Below, in pieces: positions 18,689 through 29,094 of a stretch of DNA of 64,000 nt. Below the pieces are notes generated by a model, which saw only the letters and a program-made list of their open reading frames with translations, was not told the DNA's origin and ran no database searches. Made by a program: the position numbers and the translations under genes. Every line of letters starts with the position of its first letter. Position 1 is the first letter of the stretch. Source of the DNA: a virus (lineage: Duplodnaviria > Caudoviricetes); the IMG/VR virus record IMGVR_UViG_3300025655_003289, positions 743 to 64,742 of that record. One strand, written 5' to 3'.

Positions 18689-21106
18689 ATGCAAAAAACG
18701 TTACCAAAGGGTGTATTTCCTTCTCAAGCAGTAAGCGACGCGGAGAAATCGAGTGAACAGTATGGGCTTGAGGTGGCTAAGGCTATCGAGGGAGAATGGT
18801 TCAAGAAAGAAGGCGGTGCAATCAGGTACTATGCTAATAGAGATAACTTTCATAGGTTAAGGCTATATGCCAGGGGAGAGCAATCAGTTCAAAAATATAA
18901 AGACGAATTATCTATAAATGGTGATTTATCTTATTTGAATTTAGACTGGAAGCCAGTTCCGATCATCCCTAAGTTTGTAGATATTGTTGTTAATGGGATA
19001 AATGACAGACCTTATGAAATAAAGGCTTACTCACAAGACCCAGCATCGATAAAAGAAAAAACAGAGTATCTTGATAAATTGATTTCAGACATGCAAAACA
19101 GACAGTTATTAGAAGCTGTTGAGCAGGAGTTTGGAATCAATATGTTTAAGACTGACCCTTATAAGCTTCCAGAAACAAATGAAGAGTTGCAATTACACAT
19201 GCAACTTGATTATAAGCAGTCAATAGAGATTGCTCAAGAGGAAGCTATATCAAATGTATTTGACCATAACAAGTACGATTTACTACAGAGTAGATTGGCT
19301 TATGACATGGTTACTTTAGGAATAGCAGCACATCGTAATTCCTTTAACACAGCTGAAGGAATAAAATTAGAGTATGTTGATCCTGCGGATTTAGTTTACT
19401 CTTATACTGAATCTCCTCATTTCGATGATTTATATTATGTAGGAGAGGTTAGAAGAACTACTATTACAGAATTAAAAAAGCAATTCCCAGATCTTACTAC
19501 TCAGGATATTGAAGAGATAGAAGGCCTTAATTCTAACGCAGCTAACTTTAATAGATTCTATTCGTATTACGAGACAGAGGACACTAATAATGTACATGTT
19601 CTTTATTTTGAATACAAGACTTTTAAGAACCAGGTTTACAAGTTAAAAGAAACTGCTACTGGAGCTGATAAAATAATACAAAAGGACGATACGTTTAATC
19701 CTCCTAAAGATAAGAGAGCTAGATTTGAAAAAGTTCAACGCTCTATAGAGGTTATTTATTCTGGAGTTAAAGTCGTTGGCCTTAATAAAGTTCTAAAATG
19801 GGAGATGGCTGAGAATATGGTTCGTCCTAAATCAGACACCACTAAAGTCCAGATGTCTTACAATATTGTCGCCCCAAGAATGTACAAGGGTCGCATAGAG
19901 TCTCTTGTCAGTAGAATGACCACATTCGCTGATATGATTCAATTGACTCACTTAAAAATACAGCAGGTGTTATCTAGAATGGTTCCAGATGGAGTGTATC
20001 TAGACGCTGATGGTATTGCTGAGATAGATTTAGGCAATGGAACGTATTATAGCCCTCAAGAGGCTTTAAATATGTATTTCCAGACTGGTTCTGTTATCGG
20101 TAGGTCAATGACCAGTGACGGTGAGTTTAATCACTCTAGAGTTCCAATTCAAGAATTACAAACATCGTCAGGGGGAAATAAAATACAAAGCCTTATAGCG
20201 TCCTACAATTACTACCTAAATATGATTAGGGACGTAACTGGATTGAACGAAGCTAGAGACGGATCTACTCCTGACAAAGATGCATTGGTTGGACTGCAAA
20301 AGCTTGCTGCTGCAAATTCAAACACAGCCACAAGACATGTAGTGCAAGCTATATTATATTTAGCTTTAAAAGCCGCTGAATCATCTTGCTTGAGAATGTC
20401 CGATGTGTTAGAATATGGAAACACAACCGCATCCTTTATCTCTGGAATAGGGAAACTAAATGTTGGAACCATAAAGGACATACAGAACTTACATCTTCAT
20501 GATTTTGGAATATTCTTGGAATTAGCTCCAGATGAGGATGAGAAGCAAATGCTTGAAAACAACATACAAATAGCTTTACAGAGAGACCAGATATACCTTG
20601 AGGATGCTATTGATGTTAGGGAAATAAAGAACTTGAAGCTTGCAAATCAGTTATTAAAGCTTAGGAGAAAGAAAAAGCAAGAGGAAGATAGAGTTAGGCA
20701 ATTGGAGAATATGCAAGCTCAAACACAATCCAATATTCAATCCTCGCAAGCTGCCGCAGAAGCTGATATGCAGAAGAAACAGGCTTTATCTCAGATGGAG
20801 GCTCAACTGGAACAAGTAAAGGCTCAATTAGAGATGCAGAAGCTTGAAAGAGAGGCTCAATTGAAGAAAGAGCTAATGATGCATGAGTTTGAGCTTAACA
20901 TGAGGCTTAAACAAGCTGAGATGCAGGTAATTAATGAAAGAGATAGCTATAAGGAAGATCGCAAAGATAAGCGTACTAAAATACAAGCTACTCAACAGTC
21001 AGAACTTATAGACCAAAGAAAAACCAATAAGCCTCCAAAAGATTTTGAATCAGCTGGGTTTGATACAATGGGAGGTTTTGGATTAGAACAATTTGAACCC
21101 AGATAA
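18689..21106 (+). CDS. Portal protein
   Basis: 805 aa directly after terL, with PIIPKFVDIVVNG, TGLNEARDGS and a Q-rich coiled-coil C-terminus. Confidence 0.85.
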   Translation: MQKTLPKGVFPSQAVSDAEKSSEQYGLEVAKAIEGEWFKKEGGAIRYYANRDNFHRLRLYARGEQSVQKYKDELSINGDLSYLNLDWKPVPIIPKFVDIVVNGINDRPYEIKAYSQDPASIKEKTEYLDKLISDMQNRQLLEAVEQEFGINMFKTDPYKLPETNEELQLHMQLDYKQSIEIAQEEAISNVFDHNKYDLLQSRLAYDMVTLGIAAHRNSFNTAEGIKLEYVDPADLVYSYTESPHFDDLYYVGEVRRTTITELKKQFPDLTTQDIEEIEGLNSNAANFNRFYSYYETEDTNNVHVLYFEYKTFKNQVYKLKETATGADKIIQKDDTFNPPKDKRARFEKVQRSIEVIYSGVKVVGLNKVLKWEMAENMVRPKSDTTKVQMSYNIVAPRMYKGRIESLVSRMTTFADMIQLTHLKIQQVLSRMVPDGVYLDADGIAEIDLGNGTYYSPQEALNMYFQTGSVIGRSMTSDGEFNHSRVPIQELQTSSGGNKIQSLIASYNYYLNMIRDVTGLNEARDGSTPDKDALVGLQKLAAANSNTATRHVVQAILYLALKAAESSCLRMSDVLEYGNTTASFISGIGKLNVGTIKDIQNLHLHDFGIFLELAPDEDEKQMLENNIQIALQRDQIYLEDAIDVREIKNLKLANQLLKLRRKKKQEEDRVRQLENMQAQTQSNIQSSQAAAEADMQKKQALSQMEAQLEQVKAQLEMQKLEREAQLKKELMMHEFELNMRLKQAEMQVINERDSYKEDRKDKRTKIQATQQSELIDQRKTNKPPKDFESAGFDTMGGFGLEQFEPR

Positions 21107-21120
21107 AATTATATCATATT

Positions 21121-22308
21121 ATGTCAGAAGTACAAGAACAATTACAGAAAGAACAAGAAGGCTCCATTAAAGAGAAAGAAACTAAGGTTTTAGAAAAGGC
21201 TGGAGTAAAGTTCGAAGATAACACTTATAAAATAGATTTAAGAGATGCCGTTCAAGAGCAAAGCGCAGATGAAGTACCTGTTCGCAACGAATCCGAAGTT
21301 AGCGAAAAAGTGGAAGAACAAGTACGGAGTACCCAAGAACCTTCCAAAGAAGAAGGGCAAGTCTTAGAGCTAATAACAGAAGACAATGCACAAGAACAAC
21401 AAAAAGAAACCTTGCGGGTGCAAGAAGGCGATGAGAAACAAGCCCCTAGCCAGCAGGTTAATGAAGAAAAACAAAAAGTAGACCTCCCTGACAACATCCA
21501 AAAGGTTGTTGATTTCATGAATGAGACTGGAGGAACTCTTGAAGATTATGTACGTCTCAATGCTGATTATTCTAAAGTCGATGAAAAGACATTATTAAAA
21601 GAGTATTATAAGCAAACAAAACCGCATCTAGACGGAGAAGAGATTGATTTCTTGCTAGAAGATAAGTTCTCTTACGATGAAGATTTAGATGATAATACAG
21701 ATATTAAAAGAAAGAAATTAGCTTACAAAGAAGAGATTACTCAGGCTAGAAAATTCCTCAACAATCTGAAGGATAAATATTACGATGAGGTTAAGTTGAC
21801 TTCTCGTTTGAATCCTGAACAAGCAGAAGCTATTGAATTTTACAATCAATATAAACAACAGCAGAATGAACTAACTGCTGTGCAGCAGAAACAGTCAGAA
21901 CAGTTTACTAAATTAACTGAACAAGTTTTCAACGAAGATTTCAAAGGTTTTGATTTCAAGGTAGGAGAGAATAAGTACAGATTTAAAGTAAATGATGTTC
22001 AACAAACTAAGAAAGTTCAAAGTGATATTATAGAGTCGTTTAGGATGTTCCTAGGCGAAGATAACTCACTAAAAGACGCTCAAGGTTACCACAAGGCTTT
22101 ATTTGCTGCTAGAAACGCTGACACGATAGCCAGTCATTTCTACGAACAAGGGAAGGCTGATGCAATTAGACAGCTAGAAGCTGAATCTAAAAACATCAAT
22201 ATGGATCCAAGGAGAACATCTCAAGGGATTATAGAAACCTCAGGAGTAAAAGTAAGGGCCGTATCAGGGGAAGACAGTTCAAAATTAAGAATAAAAATAG
22301 GAAAATAA
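21121..22308 (+). CDS. Capsid scaffolding protein (putative)
   Basis: Acidic helical protein between portal and MCP. Confidence 0.7.
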   Translation: MSEVQEQLQKEQEGSIKEKETKVLEKAGVKFEDNTYKIDLRDAVQEQSADEVPVRNESEVSEKVEEQVRSTQEPSKEEGQVLELITEDNAQEQQKETLRVQEGDEKQAPSQQVNEEKQKVDLPDNIQKVVDFMNETGGTLEDYVRLNADYSKVDEKTLLKEYYKQTKPHLDGEEIDFLLEDKFSYDEDLDDNTDIKRKKLAYKEEITQARKFLNNLKDKYYDEVKLTSRLNPEQAEAIEFYNQYKQQQNELTAVQQKQSEQFTKLTEQVFNEDFKGFDFKVGENKYRFKVNDVQQTKKVQSDIIESFRMFLGEDNSLKDAQGYHKALFAARNADTIASHFYEQGKADAIRQLEAESKNINMDPRRTSQGIIETSGVKVRAVSGEDSSKLRIKIGK

Positions 22309-22321
22309 AAAATAAGAAAAA

Positions 22322-23755
22322 ATGGCAATTACCGCAGGTGGAAACCTAATATTAGCAAATGCTTCGCCAGTAAAACAGACTCTGGCGAGCAATTACATTG
22401 ATTTTACCGCATCCGGAACCGCTGGATGGGCACAACAATACTTACCAGACCTTTATGAGGCTGAAGTAGAGCGTTATGGAGATCGGACTTTATCTGGCTT
22501 TTTAAGAGCCACTAGCTCCGAAATGCCTATGTCTTCTGACCAAGTTATTTGGACGGAGCAAGGTCGTCTTCATATTTCATACACTAACGCATCAAATAGC
22601 ACTGTCGTGGCTACTGCTGCTTCAAACACAATCACCCTTCCTGCTAATCATGCTGTTCGCGTTGGGCAAACAATTATAATTAAAGGAAAAGCAACAGGCC
22701 GTACAGGGATTACTAAAGCTTATGTTAGCAATGTATCTGGAGCGACAGTGACTGCGCTTCCTTATGACGCAGCTAGTTTAGATGTGCCTTATAATTCTGG
22801 AGACGCTATTGATTTATTTGTTTTTGGTTCTGAGTTTGGAAAAGGAACCCTTGGAATGAGTGAAGCTGTTACGCCTCAGCATATCTCATTAACCAATAAA
22901 CCAATCATCCTTAAAGACAAGTATGAAATCTCTGGTTCTGACGCATCTCAAATTGGATGGGTTGAAGTGACTGGAGAGTCTGGTCAAACTGGATACTTAT
23001 GGTACATCAAGGCTGAAGGTGATACTCGCTCTCGTTTTGAGGACTACATGGAAATGTCTATGGTTGAAGCTGAAAAATCTCTTTTAGACGCAGACCCAGG
23101 CACAGGAGGAAACCAAAATGCAGCAGCTTATGCAGCTGGTGTATTTGGTACAGAAGGATTCTTTTCCGCTATAGAAAGCCGTGGACACGTAACTGATGAA
23201 GTTACTGGCTCAAATGCGTCTAATGATTTAGCTTCTTTCGATGCTATCTTAAAACTATTAGACAAAGAGGGGGCAATCGAGGAAAACATGCTTTTCTTGA
23301 ATCGGGATGTGTCTCTTGGCATCGACGACATGCTTGCCGCTCAAAACTCTTATGGTGGTGGTGGTACTTCTTTTGGAGTGTTTAATAACTCTGAGGATAT
23401 GGCATTGAATCTTGGATTCTCTGGATTCCGTAGAGGTTCTTACGATTTCTATAAGACTGATTGGAAGTATCTTAACGATGCTACAACTCGTGGTCTTGTA
23501 GGTGGTGTTCGTGGAGCTCTTGTTCCTGCTGGTACTTCAACTGTTTATGACCAAATTCTTGGTAAAAACTTGAAGCGTCCATTCCTTCACGTTCGTTATC
23601 GTGCTTCTGAAGCTGATGACCGTAGAATGAAGACTTGGATCACTGGTTCAGTAGGTGGAGCTTCTACATCTGATTTAGATGCAATGCAAGTACACTATCT
23701 ATCTGAAAGATGTTTGATTGTACAAGGCGCTAACAACTTTATGTTATTCGCATAA
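22322..23755 (+). CDS. Major capsid protein
   Basis: 477 aa with WTEQGRLH and LNLGFSGFRRGSYDFYK, followed by a terminator, in the canonical position. Confidence 0.85.
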   Translation: MAITAGGNLILANASPVKQTLASNYIDFTASGTAGWAQQYLPDLYEAEVERYGDRTLSGFLRATSSEMPMSSDQVIWTEQGRLHISYTNASNSTVVATAASNTITLPANHAVRVGQTIIIKGKATGRTGITKAYVSNVSGATVTALPYDAASLDVPYNSGDAIDLFVFGSEFGKGTLGMSEAVTPQHISLTNKPIILKDKYEISGSDASQIGWVEVTGESGQTGYLWYIKAEGDTRSRFEDYMEMSMVEAEKSLLDADPGTGGNQNAAAYAAGVFGTEGFFSAIESRGHVTDEVTGSNASNDLASFDAILKLLDKEGAIEENMLFLNRDVSLGIDDMLAAQNSYGGGGTSFGVFNNSEDMALNLGFSGFRRGSYDFYKTDWKYLNDATTRGLVGGVRGALVPAGTSTVYDQILGKNLKRPFLHVRYRASEADDRRMKTWITGSVGGASTSDLDAMQVHYLSERCLIVQGANNFMLFA

Positions 23756-23765
23756 ACATTAATTT

Positions 23766-23810
23766 AGGTTGGTTGGGGGTCGCTTAATGCGGCCTCCATC
23801 TTACCTTTTT
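23766..23810 (+). terminator. Rho-independent terminator after MCP
   Basis: GGGGGTCGC-ttaat-GCGGCCTCC hairpin with extended stem and T-run. Confidence 0.7.
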
Positions 23811-23832
23811 ATTTATTTAATATTATTATATC

Positions 23833-24570
23833 ATGGCTACAAATAAAGAAAATTGGATTCCAAAAGATAGAGTATATGTTTTAAAAGGAAATAAAACACC
23901 GCTAACATATATGATTAGATCTAGAGACATATATTACTATGACGAAGAGTTGGGGTACGAAAGAGAGTTAAAACATACTGCCAATCAAAAAACTCCTTTT
24001 GTTGACGAATTTAAAGGCGAATCTAGGCTAGACCACATTATTTTTAGGGATGGAGTCTTAAATGTTCCAAAAGAAAAACAAGCATTACAGAAATTATTAT
24101 CTCTGTATCATCCAGATTTAAATCAAAAATATTACGAATTTGATCCACAAGCAGAAGCTATAGATGAAGTTTCTATTATAGAATTGGAAATTGAAGCCCT
24201 CAATACTGCTAAAAACATGGATATAACAGCTGCGGAAGCTATTGTTCGTGTTAATGTTGGGTCTGAGGTAAGTAAAATGACATCTCAAGAAGTTAAGCGA
24301 GATTTGCTTATATTTGCTAAAAACGATCCACAAGGATTCCTTGAATTAGCTAACGATGAAAACGTAGCTGTACGAAACATCGGATTAAAAGCAGTAGAAC
24401 AAGGAATTATAAAATTATCAGATGACCAGAGAACATTTAAGTGGTCGTCTAATGGAAGGAATCTGATGACGGTTCCTTTTGATGAAAATCCTTATTCCGC
24501 ATTAGCCGCATGGTTTAAAACGGATGAAGGTGTTGAGGTTTACTCAGCGATAGAGAAAAAATTGAAATAA
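23833..24570 (+). CDS. Conserved virion-module protein (hypothetical)
   Basis: 245-aa ORF following MCP. Confidence 0.6.
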   Translation: MATNKENWIPKDRVYVLKGNKTPLTYMIRSRDIYYYDEELGYERELKHTANQKTPFVDEFKGESRLDHIIFRDGVLNVPKEKQALQKLLSLYHPDLNQKYYEFDPQAEAIDEVSIIELEIEALNTAKNMDITAAEAIVRVNVGSEVSKMTSQEVKRDLLIFAKNDPQGFLELANDENVAVRNIGLKAVEQGIIKLSDDQRTFKWSSNGRNLMTVPFDENPYSALAAWFKTDEGVEVYSAIEKKLK

Positions 24571-24573
24571 CCG

Positions 24574-24599
24574 ATGGGGCTTCGGCCCCATTTTATTTA
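24574..24599 (+). terminator. Rho-independent terminator
   Basis: ATGGGGC-TTCG-GCCCCAT followed by TTTATTT. Confidence 0.8.
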
Positions 24600-24605
24600 T
24601 AAAGC

Positions 24606-25304
24606 ATGGCTATTAATGTAAATAAGGTTTATAGGGTTGTATTAGCAATCTTAAATAAAGAACAAAGGGGTTATTTAACCCCAGACCAATTTAATCGCAT
24701 TGCTAGGCAGGCTCAACTAGATTTATTCGATAAGGCATTTTACGACTACAATAGAGCCTTACGTAAGCAAGCTAATGGGGACTTCAGGGAGTTTGCTGAT
24801 ATTGCTTCAAAGATAAAAGAGAAGATTGACATATTCTACACATCGTCAACAGTAAGTCATACGGCAGGAACTGCGACAGCTCCAGCTAATATTTATATGC
24901 TTACTGGAGTTTATTCTACAGATAGGCTAAAAGAGTTTGAGGAAGTCAAGAAAGAAGAGATTCCATATCTAACAAGCTCTAAATTAAATCAACCAACGTC
25001 TACATATCCAGTATATTATAGTGAAGGGACATCTATAAAGATATTACCTACTACTTATGCTGGAAGTATTTTGGTTGATTATGTTACAATGCCTTCAGAT
25101 CCTATATGGGGATATACTGGTGGCGGAGCTAGCGCTTATGTATATAGCTCTGGGGCATCGACAGATTTTGAAATACATGAATCTGACGAGGTTGATTTGG
25201 TTACAAAAATATTAGCCTATTCAGGTGTAATAATAAAAGATCCTACTGTAATTCAAGTTGCAGCTCAGAAAGAAGGTAATGATTTTAACCAAGATAACAT
25301 ATAA
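24606..25304 (+). CDS. Tail ring / tubular protein A-like
   Basis: LNKEQRGYLTPDQFN...AQ N-terminus, in the expected position. Confidence 0.65.
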   Translation: MAINVNKVYRVVLAILNKEQRGYLTPDQFNRIARQAQLDLFDKAFYDYNRALRKQANGDFREFADIASKIKEKIDIFYTSSTVSHTAGTATAPANIYMLTGVYSTDRLKEFEEVKKEEIPYLTSSKLNQPTSTYPVYYSEGTSIKILPTTYAGSILVDYVTMPSDPIWGYTGGGASAYVYSSGASTDFEIHESDEVDLVTKILAYSGVIIKDPTVIQVAAQKEGNDFNQDNI

Positions 25305-26203
25305 TGGGGTTAATAACAGATAATCAAGAAACATATTACACTGGCTCAGATTTCGGAGGTTACAGATATATCCCACTAGAGGATGTTGTAAATAACTTCA
25401 TGTTCTCTTATGTTGGTGAAGGAAAGATAATTGGTAGGGCAAGTAGAAGAGACGTTGTGTTTCATGTTAAGAGAGCTATGCAAGAGTTTGCTTATGATGT
25501 AACAAAGGTTGAGAAGATACAGGAATTTGATGTTCCTGTAACGCTGTCTATACCAATGCCTCAAGACTATGTTAATTATGTTTCAATATCTTACGTTGAT
25601 AATGCTGGGGTTGAGCATCCAATACCAAGGGCTAGGATAACATCCGCTCCGTCAGAGGCTATTGTTCAGGATAGTGATGGAAACTATACTTACGATGGAA
25701 GTGGTAATTTAGTTACTGCAACTCCAGAAACTATAACAAGATTCAATGCATCTCAAGTAAACGCATTGGCAAGCTCTCAAACTAATGATGATTATTTCTA
25801 TAACACAAACTTCTCCGATGAGACCATGATTGGAACTGGAGGACGCTATGGAATTGATCCAGAATTAGCTAACAGGAATGGACTATTTATTATAGACGAG
25901 CTTAACGGAAAGATAAACTTCAGTAGTAACCTAGTTAATACAACTGTTACTATAAAGTATATATCTGATAGTCTTGGTGATGATAGTGAAATGAGGGTTC
26001 ATAAGTTTGCAGAAGAAGCCATTTACAAGCACGTAGCTTACGCTATTTTGTCTTCAATGTCTAACATACCAGAGTATGTTGTAAATCGCTTTAAAAGGGA
26101 GCGTAGAGGTGCTATGAGGCAGGCTAAGTTAAGACTATATGACTTAAAGATGGCTGAGATGACAAACTTAATGAGGAATAAGTCTAAGCAAATTAAACAT
26201 TAA
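25304..26203 (+). CDS. Tail ring / structural protein
   Basis: PQDYVNYV motif, in the expected position. Confidence 0.6.
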   Translation: MGLITDNQETYYTGSDFGGYRYIPLEDVVNNFMFSYVGEGKIIGRASRRDVVFHVKRAMQEFAYDVTKVEKIQEFDVPVTLSIPMPQDYVNYVSISYVDNAGVEHPIPRARITSAPSEAIVQDSDGNYTYDGSGNLVTATPETITRFNASQVNALASSQTNDDYFYNTNFSDETMIGTGGRYGIDPELANRNGLFIIDELNGKINFSSNLVNTTVTIKYISDSLGDDSEMRVHKFAEEAIYKHVAYAILSSMSNIPEYVVNRFKRERRGAMRQAKLRLYDLKMAEMTNLMRNKSKQIKH

Positions 26204-26207
26204 TTAA

Positions 26208-29093
26208 ATGCCAGAGATTAAGAATACTTTCCTTGCTGGTAAGATGAATAAGGATAGGGATTTGAGATTAGTTCCTGAAGGGGAATATCTTGAAGCCCTT
26301 AATATTCAAATAACCAAGTCTGAAGCAAACGATGTTGGAGTTATACAGAACATAGTTGGTAATCAATTGGCTCACACGTCATTAGGGTTAGCCTCTGGTT
26401 ATGAAGTTATAGGGTCTTTCTTTGACGAAAGAAATAATAGAATTTTTTGGTTTGTAACAAACGACACAAATAATTATATATACCTATGGAATGTTGGAGG
26501 AGCTAATGCTACCGCTATAGTATCTGGAATATTCCTTAACTTTAATAAAAATAATAAAATAACAGGCGTTAATCTTCTTGAGGATTTATTATTTTGGACT
26601 GATAATAGAAATCAACCTAGGAGGATAAATGTAGTTACAGCTATAGGAAACAATAGTTATTATAATTCTGAAGCTAAAATTAGCGTGGCTAGAATAGCCC
26701 CTTGGAAAGCTCCGACAATTATAAATACATATCACGATACTTCTATTCAGTCTAGGTTGATGGAGGAAGAGTTTGTAAGATTTGCTTATAGATATAAATT
26801 TTCAAACAACGAATATTCTATTATATCTCCATTTTCTCAAATTGTTTTTGAATTAGGAAATGAATCAACATCAACAAATGTAATAAGTCAATCAGATGAA
26901 AATAGAATATTTCAATCTTCTGAAAACTTTAAATTTATAAATAGAATAAATAAAGTAGATCTTGGAATACACGTTTTTTCTCAAAACCCAATCTCAGATT
27001 ACGAAATAGTATCAGTAGAAATATTATACAAAGAATCCGATTCAACAGCTGTTAGAGTTGTTGACACTGTAAAACTTACAGATGGATTGTCTTCTGATAC
27101 GTATACATATACGTACAGATCTACACCTCCAAAATCAACGCTCCCTGAAGATCAAATAACTAGAGCTTTTGACAATGTGCCTATTAAGGCATTAGCTCAG
27201 GAGGTAGCTGGTAATAGAGTTATTTATGGCAACTTTACTCAAAATTATGAAGTTCCAACTTTATTTTATTCAGTTTATTCATCTATAAAAAATGATTCAA
27301 AATATCCTCATCATTCTGTTAAACAAAGAAGAGATTATGAGGTTGGGATTGTTTTAGCTGATAAATACGGAAGAACATCTCCTGTTATATTATCTAATTC
27401 ATCTAGGGTAACTTCAGTCGCAAAGAATGAAAATTTTGATTCATTATCATGGCCTGGAGATAGCTTAAAGATAATATTCACAGCTAATGCTGTTGGAGGT
27501 GATTTATATAATCCTAATAGCGCAACAGATGATTTAGGATGGTATTCTTATCGCGTTGTTGTTAAACAAGTGGAACAGGAATACTATAACGTATATAATC
27601 CAGGAATAACAAGAGGGTATTTAACAATATATAATGATAATATAAATAAAGTACCTAGAAACACAAGTGACTCAATAGACTCTGACGATTTATATCCAAC
27701 AGATGTTAGATTATATCCTAAGCTTATAAATTATTCAAGCGGAAGTATTGCTCAGGCTATATTACAAAAAAATTCAAATGAAGGTTTGTATAATATAGAA
27801 TCAATAGGGACTGCAGATGCATTTGACTTGTATGATGCTGATACAGTTGATAAATCGCTTGGTTTTTATGAACAAAGAAAATTTCACTTACTTGGAAAGC
27901 TAGAAGAAGGTATAATTGGTAATAATCAAAATACTCCATTCAATGGCGTATTATCTGTTTTTGAAACAGAACCATTTAGATCTACTTTAGATATATACTA
28001 TGAAACATCAACAAGTGGGTTGATTCATGAGTTAAATGCCTCTCAAAATATAAACATATCAAACGTACTTGTTGAGCCAGAGGGTTATGGTTCTGGTGTA
28101 GAAGGAGCTTTAACTGTAAAAGAATCTACACCAATAGGAAGCTACATTGCTAGATTAAGAGGAATAGATCAAAGTTCAGGATTAGATGTTGATGGAACTA
28201 CTTTTGCATTAACAAGTTCTACAGGTCAATTCGCTATAGAAAAAGACCCTTTAGATGGCTATTACAAGATAAAAACATTGGTTTCATTCGTTGCTGGACT
28301 AAGCGGACCATACAATCTTAACATAACCCCTTCGTTTGGAGGCTCTAGTTTTCAACAAGACACAAGTACCGTCACTATAACCCATTCAACTCCGACGATA
28401 ACTCAAATGGGGTCCATTTCGATAGCTAAAGATTTTTACTCCGTTAGCACTGCCCCACACACAGTATTTACATTGAGTGTAACAAATGGATCTTCTACAA
28501 CTGGAATAAATAGATATTTCGGAATAAGTTCTTCAGATATAACATATCAAGAGTATCACGATGGAGTTCTTCAGACATCTGCATTTATTTTTGGATATAC
28601 ATATTCTAATGGTCAAGTATTTTTAAATGCTGTATCAGGAACTACAACACATTCCGGAAAATACATAACCGTAAAATTAACATTAACAAATGGAGGTTTA
28701 ACAACAACTTCTGAAGGGATAATATATATAAGTAACACTACTGGTGGAGGAAGTGGATTAACCGCAATAAATATGAAATACGACCTAAATGCGTCAGAGT
28801 ACCTATATGCAAATACCCCGTCCGGGGGAGACTCCACTAGAGCAGCTTGTCCTAATTTATCCCTATTCCCTTATCAGGGTGACCTTTACGTTGACGCAGG
28901 AGTAGCAATAACAAGCGGACCACAATTATATGGAACTTCAGACGGAAAAAAGCTCGCCTCAAGCGGCTGGTATATAGAATCTAATGGTAATACAGCTGGC
29001 AAATGGCTTAAAGTTCAATCCGGAACAGATGCTGATGGAAAAATAACTTATATAGGATATTGGGATATTTTACCAACTACTTGTACTACATAA
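26208..29093 (+). CDS. Tail muzzle/stabilisation (tubular B-like) protein, N-terminal part with cadherin-like insert
   Basis: GKMNKDRDLRL.P.GEY..ALN, LFWTDNRNQPRRIN, GIVLADKYGR and later VKESTPIGSYIARL. Confidence 0.7.
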   Translation: MPEIKNTFLAGKMNKDRDLRLVPEGEYLEALNIQITKSEANDVGVIQNIVGNQLAHTSLGLASGYEVIGSFFDERNNRIFWFVTNDTNNYIYLWNVGGANATAIVSGIFLNFNKNNKITGVNLLEDLLFWTDNRNQPRRINVVTAIGNNSYYNSEAKISVARIAPWKAPTIINTYHDTSIQSRLMEEEFVRFAYRYKFSNNEYSIISPFSQIVFELGNESTSTNVISQSDENRIFQSSENFKFINRINKVDLGIHVFSQNPISDYEIVSVEILYKESDSTAVRVVDTVKLTDGLSSDTYTYTYRSTPPKSTLPEDQITRAFDNVPIKALAQEVAGNRVIYGNFTQNYEVPTLFYSVYSSIKNDSKYPHHSVKQRRDYEVGIVLADKYGRTSPVILSNSSRVTSVAKNENFDSLSWPGDSLKIIFTANAVGGDLYNPNSATDDLGWYSYRVVVKQVEQEYYNVYNPGITRGYLTIYNDNINKVPRNTSDSIDSDDLYPTDVRLYPKLINYSSGSIAQAILQKNSNEGLYNIESIGTADAFDLYDADTVDKSLGFYEQRKFHLLGKLEEGIIGNNQNTPFNGVLSVFETEPFRSTLDIYYETSTSGLIHELNASQNINISNVLVEPEGYGSGVEGALTVKESTPIGSYIARLRGIDQSSGLDVDGTTFALTSSTGQFAIEKDPLDGYYKIKTLVSFVAGLSGPYNLNITPSFGGSSFQQDTSTVTITHSTPTITQMGSISIAKDFYSVSTAPHTVFTLSVTNGSSTTGINRYFGISSSDITYQEYHDGVLQTSAFIFGYTYSNGQVFLNAVSGTTTHSGKYITVKLTLTNGGLTTTSEGIIYISNTTGGGSGLTAINMKYDLNASEYLYANTPSGGDSTRAACPNLSLFPYQGDLYVDAGVAITSGPQLYGTSDGKKLASSGWYIESNGNTAGKWLKVQSGTDADGKITYIGYWDILPTTCTT

Positions 29094-29094
29094 T